A stretch of 12,127 nucleotides of DNA from PVC group bacterium (GCA_043804695.1 JAZDIV010000065.1:1-12127); one strand, 5' to 3'. Counted from the stretch's first letter, positions 1 to 8,215 are shown. Program-made: numbers and translations. The notes: generated from the letters alone by a model not told the origin.

Positions 1-75
1 AATTCTCTCTATTAAACTGCGCTAATGTAATTGCCGGTAACTTTAGAATTATGTCTTATGTCAAGACGCGACACC
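1..75. mobile_element. MITE/REPIN-like inverted-repeat element, copy 1 (left end cut by window edge)
   Basis: 45-75 AGAATTATGTCTTATGTCAAGACGCGACACC is identical (31/31) to 1892-1922. Bases 1-6 AATTCT match the inner end of the opposite arm. The 38-nt core (7-44) matches the reverse complement of the 38-nt core of copy 2 (1854-1891) at 23/38 positions without gaps. Confidence 0.8.
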
Positions 76-1840
76 GCATCCATTTCCGGACGGAATTGAC
101 TAAATATATGCGGGAGCTTGCCGTTATTTTGGCAGCCGAAATCACCTCTTCCCTGATCTCTCCGCGTCTAATCAGCCGGCCCCGGAATGTTCCCGCCAGA
201 AGCCCGGAACTGACCGGGGGGGTGACCAGCTCGCCGTTTCGCTCAAGGACGACGTTGGCGACGGTAGACTCGGTTATTTCCCCCCGTTCATTCCAGAGCA
301 GAACATCATCGCATCCCGGGCATCCGGCCTGCGCCGCCTCATAGAGACCGCGATGAGTGGTCTTATGGTACAGAAAAGGATTACGGGAATCAACCGGAGA
401 AGGGGCAAGCTTTAAGGTCACGGCTTGTTTTGCCGGGGCTTCCGGCTGGATTGTTTCCTCGCAGGCGATGGCGCCGTCCCGGTTCACCAGCAGGCGGACC
501 CGATACCGCTGCCGTGGGCGATTCCGTGCCCGGGCGATCAGCAGCCGGCGGACAGAGGCGATCGTAACCGGGAACCCGAAGTAGAGCGCCGACTCCCGGA
601 GCCGTTCCAGGTGTTCCCGGAGGAGAAAATACCCGTCCTCCGGGGTCCACAGGATCGTTTCCAGAAGGGAGAAGTCCGGCCGATCTTCGGTGAGAAACCG
701 GGCTTTGATCCTGCACTCCCGGTATTCGTCGTCAGCGGTGGAGTCCCAGACGATCCCCCCCCCGACGCCGTACTCCGCCGATCCCCGCTCCCTGTCGATG
801 AGTACGGTCCGGATCGCCACATTGAACTGCGCCCGGCGCCCGGGAGAGAGGAAGCCGATGCATCCCGTGTATACCCGCCGGGGATTCTTCTCCAGTTCGG
901 CGATGATGCTCATTGTCCGGGTCTTCGGCGCTCCGGTAACGGACGCGCAGGGGAAGAGGGCGGCCATAATGGCGGAGAAGGGGGCGTCGGAATGGGCTTC
1001 TACCGTGGAGGTCATCTGGAAAACCGTCCGGTATTGTTCGATCCGGAAGAGGTCATCTGCCCGGACACTTCCTGTCAGCGCGACCCGGCCGAGGTCGTTC
1101 CGGATCATGTCCACGATCATGAGATTTTCGGCCCGGTTTTTCTCCGAACGGCGGAGCCATTCCGCCCGCGCGGAGTCCTCGGCGAGAGTGCGCCCCCGCG
1201 CGGCCGTCCCCTTCATCGGCCGGGAGAGGACGTGGCGGCCGTTGAGACGAAAGAACAGCTCCGGGGAAGCGGAGCAGATCGTGTACCTGCCGGCGTCGAT
1301 GAAAGCGCCGTATCCCCCTCCCTGAGCCCCGGTCATCTGCAGGAACAATTCCCAGCCGTTGCCGGTAAAGGGGGCGGTCAGGCGGAAAGTGAAGTTAACC
1401 TGGTAGGTGTCGCCCCGGGCGATATGCTCTTTGATCCGGTCAATCGCCTTCCGGTAATCACCGGCCGTGATTGAAGGCGACCAGGAAAGCGGGTGTGCTT
1501 TGGCGACGGAGGGGGGCAGGAAAATCTCCCGGCGCCGGTCGTAGATGCCGAACCGGAGCAGGGGAAAATAATCCGCCGCCTTCGTTTGATATGAACTGTC
1601 AAAAGCCGGCGCTGCTTCGTAACTGATGAACCCGGCCGCGTGCAGCCTGCTCCCCTCGACCAGTTTTTCTATCCGCCGGAGAGCGGGCAGGATACCGCTG
1701 ATCGAATCCGCTTCGACGACATCAACCGGTTCCCGGAAGAGGAGCCAACGTCCTTCCCCGCCGATCTGGATATAGGCCCGGTCTTTTATATGATCTGGTC
1801 TGGCTGGTGTCATCTCCCGGGGTGGTGTTCGTCTTGACAT
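56..1840 (-). CDS. pabB: Aminodeoxychorismate synthase component I fused to a C-terminal class IV aminotransferase/ADC lyase domain
   Basis: Chorismate-binding motifs GDTYQVN, SPELFF, PMKGT, KNRAENLMIVDMIRNDLGRV, SVTGAPK, GVGGGIVWDS. C-terminal part has LLETI, HKTT and ITESTVAN...TPP...GLLAGTFR, typical of PabC/aminotransferase IV. Start uncertain (1840 or 1813). Confidence 0.92.
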   Translation of the reverse strand: MSRRTPPREMTPARPDHIKDRAYIQIGGEGRWLLFREPVDVVEADSISGILPALRRIEKLVEGSRLHAAGFISYEAAPAFDSSYQTKAADYFPLLRFGIYDRRREIFLPPSVAKAHPLSWSPSITAGDYRKAIDRIKEHIARGDTYQVNFTFRLTAPFTGNGWELFLQMTGAQGGGYGAFIDAGRYTICSASPELFFRLNGRHVLSRPMKGTAARGRTLAEDSARAEWLRRSEKNRAENLMIVDMIRNDLGRVALTGSVRADDLFRIEQYRTVFQMTSTVEAHSDAPFSAIMAALFPCASVTGAPKTRTMSIIAELEKNPRRVYTGCIGFLSPGRRAQFNVAIRTVLIDRERGSAEYGVGGGIVWDSTADDEYRECRIKARFLTEDRPDFSLLETILWTPEDGYFLLREHLERLRESALYFGFPVTIASVRRLLIARARNRPRQRYRVRLLVNRDGAIACEETIQPEAPAKQAVTLKLAPSPVDSRNPFLYHKTTHRGLYEAAQAGCPGCDDVLLWNERGEITESTVANVVLERNGELVTPPVSSGLLAGTFRGRLIRRGEIREEVISAAKITASSRIYLVNSVRKWMRCRVLT

Positions 1841-1922
1841 AATACATAATTCTATAGCTGCCGGTAATTGTATTAACGCAGGTTTTATTCAAGAATTATG
1901 TCTTATGTCAAGACGCGACACC
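1824..1922. mobile_element. MITE/REPIN-like inverted-repeat element, copy 2 (complete, 99 bp)
   Basis: Left arm 1824-1853 GGTGTTCGTCTTGACATAATACATAATTCT versus reverse complement of right arm 1892-1922 GGTGTCGCGTCTTGACATAAGACATAATTCT: inner 24 nt match 23/24 and both end in GGTGT. AT-rich 38-nt core. Confidence 0.85.
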
Positions 1923-2714
1923 AAGTGCGATCCGGGCCTGGTTTGCCAGGTCCCGGTCCTCCGGCGCGGCGCAGGTTATCACCTGACGGTACGCCCTGAT
2001 TGCCTGGCGGCTTTTCCCGAGGTCGTCGAAGGTCAGCGCGGCGATATACCACAGAGAAGCGTTCCGGGGTTCTATCTGGAGCGCCTTCCGGTAGCAGACG
2101 AGCGCTTTCTTGGTCAGGGCCAGGCAGTTTAATGAGTCCCCTTTGTCCTTCCAGGTCTCTGCGTTCTTCCGGTCGATCCGCAGCGCCCTGTTGTAGCAGG
2201 CGATGGCCTTCCTGAAACGGTCGAGATTGTGAAGGGCCGTGCCCTTCAGCCTCCATACCTTCGGGTCCCGCGGGTTGGCCTGGAGGGCCGCGTCGTAACA
2301 TTCAATCGCTTTCTCGTACTGCTGAAACCTGTCCGCGAGCAGGTACCCCTTGTAGAGAAGGACGGCGACATCACGGGGATTCAGCTGGAGGGCCCGTTCG
2401 TAGCAGTGGAGGGCTTGATCTGAACGCCTGGCTGCGGCGCAAACCCGGCCTTTCAGCTTCCAGCCCTCGGCGTCCTGCGGATAGAAATCGAGATGCTTGT
2501 CGCAGTAGGTGATCGCCGGGTCGTGTTGTCCGAGCCGGGCGAGAAGGGCGCCCTTGACCAGGAACGAAAAATCCGCGTCCCCGTCGATGGTGAGGGCCGC
2601 CTCGTAATGGGTCAGGGCCTCGTCATGCCGGCCGAGTTTGAAGAGCTCGTCTCCCTGATTCAGCAGGGCGGCAGCGCTGTCGGTTGTCAATTCAGGATCA
2701 GGAGGAGAAGGCAT
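1908..2714 (-). CDS. Tetratricopeptide repeat (TPR) protein
   Basis: About 7 tandem 34-aa units with W..KG..L......A...Y..AL...P pattern. ATG at 2714 chosen over 2783 because it has GGAG 8 nt upstream. Confidence 0.88.
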   Translation of the reverse strand: MPSPPDPELTTDSAAALLNQGDELFKLGRHDEALTHYEAALTIDGDADFSFLVKGALLARLGQHDPAITYCDKHLDFYPQDAEGWKLKGRVCAAARRSDQALHCYERALQLNPRDVAVLLYKGYLLADRFQQYEKAIECYDAALQANPRDPKVWRLKGTALHNLDRFRKAIACYNRALRIDRKNAETWKDKGDSLNCLALTKKALVCYRKALQIEPRNASLWYIAALTFDDLGKSRQAIRAYRQVITCAAPEDRDLANQARIALGVAS

Positions 2715-2859
2715 CGGACGGTCTCCCGGAAGAGGTTGGCGGCGTCGGCATCTCCGGCCCGGGGGGAAAGCAGAAAATCCCATCCGCCGGCGTCGGAAAC
2801 TCCGGTGGCCCGGGGATTTGATGGCTGCGGGAAATCAAGCCCTTTATTCGCGGACCGAT

Positions 2860-3231
2860 CTACGAGTCGGCTGTCAGTTTTTTTATATTTTGCTCCAGTT
2901 CGGATAGATTCAGAGGTTTGTCCAGAAAGATCGACGGGCCCAGTTCCAGAAGATGGTTGATTTCGTTAAGGGCGGCCACCCCGGAGATGATGATGATGGG
3001 AAGATCGGCGAAATTCTCTTTCCCCCGCAGGATCTTGATCAGCATCATGCCGTCCAGCTCGGGCATCATGATATCCGAAATCAGAAGAGAGATATCCGGG
3101 TTATCGAGAAGAACCCGGAGGGCCGTCTTCCCGTTGGAACTCTGGATGGCGATCAGCCCCATTGACTCCACGATGTTGGCGATGATTTCCCGTGACAGCT
3201 CATCATCCTCGGCGACCAGCACTTTTTTCAT
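2860..3231 (-). CDS. Single-domain (CheY-like) response regulator
   Basis: VLVAEDD, SDIMMPELDG (phosphoacceptor Asp), IIIISG, FLDKP; no output domain. GAGG lies 6 nt upstream of ATG 3231 (alternative ATG 3234). Confidence 0.9.
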   Translation of the reverse strand: MKKVLVAEDDELSREIIANIVESMGLIAIQSSNGKTALRVLLDNPDISLLISDIMMPELDGMMLIKILRGKENFADLPIIIISGVAALNEINHLLELGPSIFLDKPLNLSELEQNIKKLTADS

Positions 3232-3335
3232 CATAGACCTCACTGCTACCATCCATAGCTGCCTTAAATGTACATTATCAGGGGAAAAATGGCAAGCCCA
3301 TAATCACGGCGATCGCTTTTCCGGGCAGCGTCTGT

Positions 3336-4244
3336 TCAGCCGGCCGGCCCGTGCCATCCGGCAGCCCTGGCTTCGGCCAGCGCATGCCGGTATTCGCCGG
3401 GCCGCAGCGTTCTCCCGATCACCGGATCTCTGGCCGCGCCTCCGCAGGGGCGGTACTGGGCCATGATGTTCAGATACGTGCGGGGAGAGATCTCGTCAGC
3501 CAGGAAACGGGCGAGCTCCGCCGTCCCCGCAACCCCTTTCGGCATCACCAGGTGCCGGACCATCAGTCCCCGGCGGGCGATGCCCCGGTGATCGGTCCGG
3601 AGGCCGCCTGCCTGCCGCTGCATCTCCCGGATCGCCGCGCAGGCCCGCTCCCGGTAGTCCGGCGCCCGGCAGTACTTCCTGGCCCACCGGTTATCCCAGA
3701 ACTTGAAGTCCGGCAGGTAGATGTCGACGATCCCGTCCAGCAAACGCAGCGTCTCCAGCTTTTCATACCCTGAAGAGTTATAGACCAGGGGGATGTCCAG
3801 CCCCCCGTCAATGGCCGGGAGCAGGGCCTCCAGAATCTGGGGGACGACGTGGGTGGGGGTGACAAAGTTGATGTTATGGCACCCCCGGCTGGCGAGATCG
3901 AGCATCAGTGCCGCCAGCTGTTCGGGATCGACGGCCGTTCCCCCGGGGCAGTGGCTGATGTCGTAGTTCTGGCAAAACGAGCAGAGAAGGCTGCAGGATT
4001 GGAAGAAGATGGTCCCGGAGCCGTCCCGCCCGACCAGCTCCGGTTCCTCCCCGAAGTGGGGGTGGGAGCTGGCGACGCGGGCTTGCCGTCCGGTCCGACA
4101 GACCCCCGTTTCGTCTGCCCGCCGGTTGACCCCGCACTCCCGAGGGCAGAGGCGGCAGGGGTTCAAAAGCTCGCGGGCCCGTTCAAACCGTTCCCGGAGT
4201 TTGCCGGTCCGGTGGAGCCTGAGATAGGACGGCTTCGCGGTCAC
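3336..4244 (-). CDS. Radical SAM protein, PflX-like (pyruvate formate-lyase activating enzyme family)
   Basis: N-terminal CRLCPRECGVNR...GVC, HFGEEP..GSGTIFF, CxxxCxxC (CSLLCSFCQN), NINFVTP, DIYLPDFK, RHLVMP, NIMAQYRP; GTG start. Confidence 0.88.
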   Translation of the reverse strand: MTAKPSYLRLHRTGKLRERFERARELLNPCRLCPRECGVNRRADETGVCRTGRQARVASSHPHFGEEPELVGRDGSGTIFFQSCSLLCSFCQNYDISHCPGGTAVDPEQLAALMLDLASRGCHNINFVTPTHVVPQILEALLPAIDGGLDIPLVYNSSGYEKLETLRLLDGIVDIYLPDFKFWDNRWARKYCRAPDYRERACAAIREMQRQAGGLRTDHRGIARRGLMVRHLVMPKGVAGTAELARFLADEISPRTYLNIMAQYRPCGGAARDPVIGRTLRPGEYRHALAEARAAGWHGPAG

Positions 4245-4250
4245 GAGAAC

Positions 4251-4276
4251 TTAGCGCCTTCGGCGCTAACCTTTTT
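4251..4276. other. Perfect 8-bp hairpin TTAGCGCC-TTC-GGCGCTAA followed by CCTTTTT
   Basis: Arms 4251-4258 and 4262-4269. Terminator-like on the + strand; on the - strand it lies 6 nt upstream of the radical SAM GTG start. Confidence 0.5.
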
Positions 4277-4322
4277 GGATCCGGGCCCGGGGATTAACAG
4301 ACGGTATATGTACCCCCGGATT

Positions 4323-4460
4323 GGATATCAGGTTATCAGCATACCAGTGGGCAGAAGACCGGGATATCAGGTTATCAGGCGAGGCCGACCTTGCCGACCG
4401 AGCCTCTGATGCTCTGATTCCCTTCCCACTGATTCCCTGATTATCTGATCCGCTGATGCG
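4323..4460. repeat. Inverted octanucleotide tandem-repeat element (nnnATCAG units facing CTGATnnn units)
   Basis: Left units GATATCAG, GTTATCAG, CATACCAG (4324-4347) and GATATCAG, GTTATCAG (4363-4378). Right units CTGATGCT, CTGATTCC (4406-4421) and CTGATTCC, CTGATTAT, CTGATCCG, CTGATGCG (4429-4460). Confidence 0.8.
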
Positions 4461-4641
4461 GCTTTTATCCCCCAAATGGCTGATCATACTTTAAATTGAT
4501 TGGATTTTCATTTTTGAAATCCCGAAGACGAAATACTCTCCAGAGTAATCCGGCCCGACCTTCCTGACAACTCTATTGTTGCGGCCGGGCGGGGAAAACA
4601 GTATTCTGATGGAAACATATGTCAATGGGAGGAGGATGACG

Positions 4642-5169
4642 ATGGAGAAGAGAATGCGGAGCATACGCGGGATGATAACGGCCGCCGTTATTTCCGGAGC
4701 CCTGCTGTCGGCATGGACCGGACCGTCCGCCGCCGACGATGCCGTCGAGTGGAGCGCCCCCCGCCAGTACGACAGGGGGAGGACACCGTCGGTGGCCGTG
4801 AACGACGGTGGCCGGGTGGTGGAGGTCCACCAGTCGGACAGCGACAACACGCTCTGGTGCCGGGTGGGCAGCATTTCGGGCGACCAGATCGCCTGGGGCC
4901 CCTCCCGCCAGTACGACAAGGGGCGTTCCCCCTCGGTGAGCCTGAACAACGGCGGCCGGGTGGTGGAGGTCCACCTCTCGGACAGCGAGGACACCCTATG
5001 GTACCGGATCGGCTGGATCGACGGCGATCAGATCGCCTGGAGTCCCTCTCGCCAGTATGACAAAGGCAGTGTGCCCGCGGTGGCGATCAACAGCGACGGC
5101 CGGGCGGTTGAGGTGCATCAGTCGGCTACCGAGACCACGCTCTGGTATCACGTCGGGCGGATGAAATAA
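4642..5169 (+). CDS. Secreted protein with three tandem 48-aa repeats (probable beta-propeller blades)
   Basis: GGAGGAGG RBS at 4628-4635, ATG 4642. Signal-peptide-like N-terminus (KRMRSIR...hydrophobic...SAA|DD). Repeats W.psRQYD.G..PsVa.N..GRvVEVH.S....TLW..vG start at 4750, 4894 and 5038. Confidence 0.82.
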   Translation: MEKRMRSIRGMITAAVISGALLSAWTGPSAADDAVEWSAPRQYDRGRTPSVAVNDGGRVVEVHQSDSDNTLWCRVGSISGDQIAWGPSRQYDKGRSPSVSLNNGGRVVEVHLSDSEDTLWYRIGWIDGDQIAWSPSRQYDKGSVPAVAINSDGRAVEVHQSATETTLWYHVGRMK

Positions 5170-5185
5170 AGGGGGTGCCCGCTCC

Positions 5186-5680
5186 TTATTCCCGGCTCAG
5201 GCGGTCCGCTTCCCGGAGCATGGCCGGGATGCGGTATGGCCCGTGCATGGCCCGGATGTGCGCGGCTGCTTCCTCTCTGGGGATCCCGGCGGCGGTAATG
5301 TAGAGCGGCCGCCTGCTCTTTCCCCGGAAAACCCGGCATGAGAAATTGTCATTTTGGAACCTGGTCTTGGCGACACCGATGACGGGGATTTTCCCCCGCA
5401 TTGCCCGGTAAAGATGACCTCCCAGCCCCGGGGTTCCCCGTTCGTCCAGCCAGACGTAGCCGTCGATGATTACGGCGTCGAGAGGAGAAGCCGCCTTCTC
5501 GATGACCGTGAGCAGGGGAGAGAGTTCCCGCCGGTAAAACCTCCCCGGCCGGTAAGGGTCGCCGGGGGAAGAATCGCAGACCAGGCTTCCGGCCGGCTGG
5601 CGATCGGTCCAGTCCCCGATCAGGACACAGGCGACCACGGTCCGATCTTCCCGGTAATGCGCGTCGACACAGGCGATCAT
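5186..5680 (-). CDS. Endonuclease V-like (deoxyinosine 3' endonuclease family, short form)
   Basis: MIACVDAHY (catalytic Asp), Y.PG.FY.REL (Glu), IIDGYVWL (Asp), PGLG.HLY, PVIGVAK, RG.S..PLY. The longer ORF to 5962 is antisense overlap with mltF, so ATG 5680 is used. Confidence 0.85.
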   Translation of the reverse strand: MIACVDAHYREDRTVVACVLIGDWTDRQPAGSLVCDSSPGDPYRPGRFYRRELSPLLTVIEKAASPLDAVIIDGYVWLDERGTPGLGGHLYRAMRGKIPVIGVAKTRFQNDNFSCRVFRGKSRRPLYITAAGIPREEAAAHIRAMHGPYRIPAMLREADRLSRE

Positions 5681-5771
5681 GATATTTGGATTTGCCGGTA
5701 CGGTTTGCTGCCCGGTATAGTATATACTAACCTGGTATATGAATAAACCGGGTTGACGGAGAGCATATGTC

Positions 5772-8189
5772 ATGCCAAGAATACGAATTCCTTTCATCTG
5801 TCTTCCAGTTGCCGTCATTGCACTGCTGATGATCGGCGGATGCGGGGGAGAGGACGAAAAAGCGGTGAGTCCCCTGCAAACGGCCGCGGTGGTCACCCTG
5901 GATAACGCGGAGAGCAAGAAGGGCGATCTGGACGCGATCAGGAAGAGGGGGGAGTTTGGCATCCTGGCCCAGCGTTCGGGAGAAAATTACCTTCCCCGCC
6001 GGGGAGACCCCCTGCGCGGCCAGACCGATCTGGCGATCGAGTGCGGCCGTTCCCTGGACCTGGAACCGGTGCTGGTCGTCGTCGATGATTTCGATCAACT
6101 GATCCCGGCCCTGCTGGCCGGGAAGGGAGACATCATCGCCGCCAACCTGACGGTAACGGAGGCCCGCCAGCAGCACCTCGCGTTTTCCCGTCCCCTGGCC
6201 CATGCCCGTGAGCAGATCGTCGCCCGCGCCGGAGAGGAGAAGATCAGGGAACGGTCCGGCCTCAGCGGCCGGACGGTGGCCGTCCAGGAAGGAACCTCCT
6301 TTCTGGAGACTCTCCGGGGATTGCAGAAAGAGATCCCAGGGCTGAAGATCAGGATTATCCCGGGGGATCTGTCGAGCGACGACATCCTGGACCGGGTGGC
6401 GTCCGGTGATGTTGATCTGGCGGTCGAGGACAGCAATGTTCTCGCTGTTGCTCTTTCCTATCGTTCCGATGTCAGGCCGGTCCTGGATCTGACCGGCCAA
6501 CGGGAGATCGCCTGGGGTCTCCGCCCCGATAATCCGGAATTGCTCCAGGCGGTCAATCGCTTCCTGGAAGGCGCCGCCCGGACCGGTTCGGGGGGCGAGG
6601 TCTATCGGGCTGATCTCCCGGGGATCAGGGGGAGGGGCGTCCTGAGGATGCTCACCGTCAACAACGCCACCACCTATTTTTTGCTCTGGGGAGAGCTGAT
6701 GGGTTTTGAATACGAGCTGGTCCGGTACTTCGCCGAATCCCTGAATATGAAGCTGGAGGTGGTCGTCGCCCCGGCTTATGACGATCTCATCCCCTGGCTC
6801 CGGGAGGGGAGGGGAGACCTGATCGCGGCGTTCATGACGGCCGGCAAGGATCGGGAAGAAAGGGGAATCCGGTTTTCCCGGCCCTATCATTACGCGGAAG
6901 AGATCGTCGTGGCTCGCGCCGAAGAGCGGGCTCTGAAAACCCCCCGGGATCTGGACGGCCGGACCGTCGTGGTCCGCCCGGGCAGTTCGTACCGGAAGAG
7001 CCTTGAGGAGCTTAAAAGATCGGGAGTGAATCTGTCGATCGGTAACGCGCCGCCTGAGATGGAAACGGAAGAGATCATCGATAACGTGGCCAGGGGAGAG
7101 TTTGACCTGACCGCGGCGGACACCCAGATTCTTGATCTGGAAACAAGCTACCGGGACGATATCAAGGGCGTTTTTTCAATCAGCGGAGAGGTCCCTCACG
7201 GCTGGGCGGTGAGGGAAGAAGACCATGAGCTTCTGGCCGCCGTCAACACTTTCATCGAGAAAGAATACCGCGGTGTTTTTTACAACATCACCTATAAAAA
7301 ATATTTCAAGAATCCCCGGAAGGTGAAGCAGGCGGCCGAAGAATACGGAGCGGTGATGAAAGATGGGAAGATATCTCCCTATGACGATCTCACCCGGCGG
7401 TATGCCGACCGGTACGGTTTTTTCTGGAGGCTGATCGTCGCCCAGATATACCAGGAGAGCCGGTTCAATCCCCGGGCCCGCGCGTGGTCCGGCGCCCGGG
7501 GGCTGATGCAGGTGATGCCGAAGACCGCGAAAGAGTTCGGTTTCACGGACCTGGAAAACCCGGAGATCGGCCTCCACGCCGGAATAAGGTACATGGACTG
7601 GGTTCGTGGCCAGCTCGCTAAGACCGCGGATCTCCTCAATCGCGCCTGGTTCACGCTGGCGGGGTATAACGCCGGTGTCGGCCATCTCCAGGATGCCCGC
7701 CGTCTCGCCCGGCAGATGAACTGGAACCCCGACGCCTGGTTCGACAATGTGGAGAAAGCCATGCTGCTCCTCTCCCGGCCGGAATACGCCCGGAAGGCGA
7801 GGTATGGCTATGTCCGTGGCCGGGAACCGGTCAGTTACGTGAGCGCCATCCGTGACCGCTACCGGGCCTACCAGTCGCTGGCCGGCGAGTCGTTTCCGGA
7901 AACCGCCGCCGCGGATCCGGCCGGCATCCCCGCCTCGCCGCCGCCTCTTCCCGCCGCTACTGAGCCGCCGTCCCGGGAAAGCGCCCTCCCCCAACCGGCG
8001 GAAAAGGAAAAAGCTCCCTCAGGGAAGACGTTCACCGTCAGGAAAGGAGACACCCTCTCGAAGATCGCCGGCGAGGTGTACGGGGACCGCGGCGCCTGGC
8101 AGGTGATCTACCGGGCCAACCGGGATATCCTCCCCGGGCCGGACGCGCTCAAGGTGGGTCAGGAGCTGAAGATACCGGATAGGCAGTAG
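5772..8189 (+). CDS. mltF: MltF-like membrane-bound lytic transglycosylase: two substrate-binding domains, SLT domain, Pro/Ala linker, LysM
   Basis: Lipobox-like LMIGGC; two PBP-type domains (DLDAIRKRG...GDIIAANLT; DLPGIRGRG...GFEYEL); SLT motifs QESRF, GLMQ, AGYNAG, YGYVRGREP; C-terminal LysM (VRKGDTLSKIA...IYRAN...LKVGQELKIP). Confidence 0.88.
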   Translation: MPRIRIPFICLPVAVIALLMIGGCGGEDEKAVSPLQTAAVVTLDNAESKKGDLDAIRKRGEFGILAQRSGENYLPRRGDPLRGQTDLAIECGRSLDLEPVLVVVDDFDQLIPALLAGKGDIIAANLTVTEARQQHLAFSRPLAHAREQIVARAGEEKIRERSGLSGRTVAVQEGTSFLETLRGLQKEIPGLKIRIIPGDLSSDDILDRVASGDVDLAVEDSNVLAVALSYRSDVRPVLDLTGQREIAWGLRPDNPELLQAVNRFLEGAARTGSGGEVYRADLPGIRGRGVLRMLTVNNATTYFLLWGELMGFEYELVRYFAESLNMKLEVVVAPAYDDLIPWLREGRGDLIAAFMTAGKDREERGIRFSRPYHYAEEIVVARAEERALKTPRDLDGRTVVVRPGSSYRKSLEELKRSGVNLSIGNAPPEMETEEIIDNVARGEFDLTAADTQILDLETSYRDDIKGVFSISGEVPHGWAVREEDHELLAAVNTFIEKEYRGVFYNITYKKYFKNPRKVKQAAEEYGAVMKDGKISPYDDLTRRYADRYGFFWRLIVAQIYQESRFNPRARAWSGARGLMQVMPKTAKEFGFTDLENPEIGLHAGIRYMDWVRGQLAKTADLLNRAWFTLAGYNAGVGHLQDARRLARQMNWNPDAWFDNVEKAMLLLSRPEYARKARYGYVRGREPVSYVSAIRDRYRAYQSLAGESFPETAAADPAGIPASPPPLPAATEPPSRESALPQPAEKEKAPSGKTFTVRKGDTLSKIAGEVYGDRGAWQVIYRANRDILPGPDALKVGQELKIPDRQ

Positions 8190-8215
8190 GGCGCCGGTAT
8201 TGGGTGGCGGACCGG

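Noticed and set aside
1834..1911. TTGACA hexamers in the repeat arms as sigma70 -35 boxes
   Set aside because: No convincing -10 at 16-18 nt spacing (best is TAAAAC on the minus strand); not supportable without TSS data.
45..1922. 31-bp identical repeats as a CRISPR array or prophage att sites
   Set aside because: Only two direct copies about 1.85 kb apart, each being one arm of an inverted-repeat element; no spacer periodicity, cas gene or integrase.
4266..4487. 73-aa minus-strand ORF
   Set aside because: Its sequence is a translation of the octamer repeat element; no RBS or domain evidence.
4750..5166. 144-bp DNA repeats as a diversity-generating retroelement TR/VR pair
   Set aside because: Repeats are in-frame protein repeats with differences at all base types, not adenine-specific; no reverse transcriptase nearby.
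5731..5752. CTGGTATATGAATAAACCGG as a LexA/SOS box near endonuclease V
   Set aside because: Does not fit CTGT-N8-ACAG in sequence or spacing.
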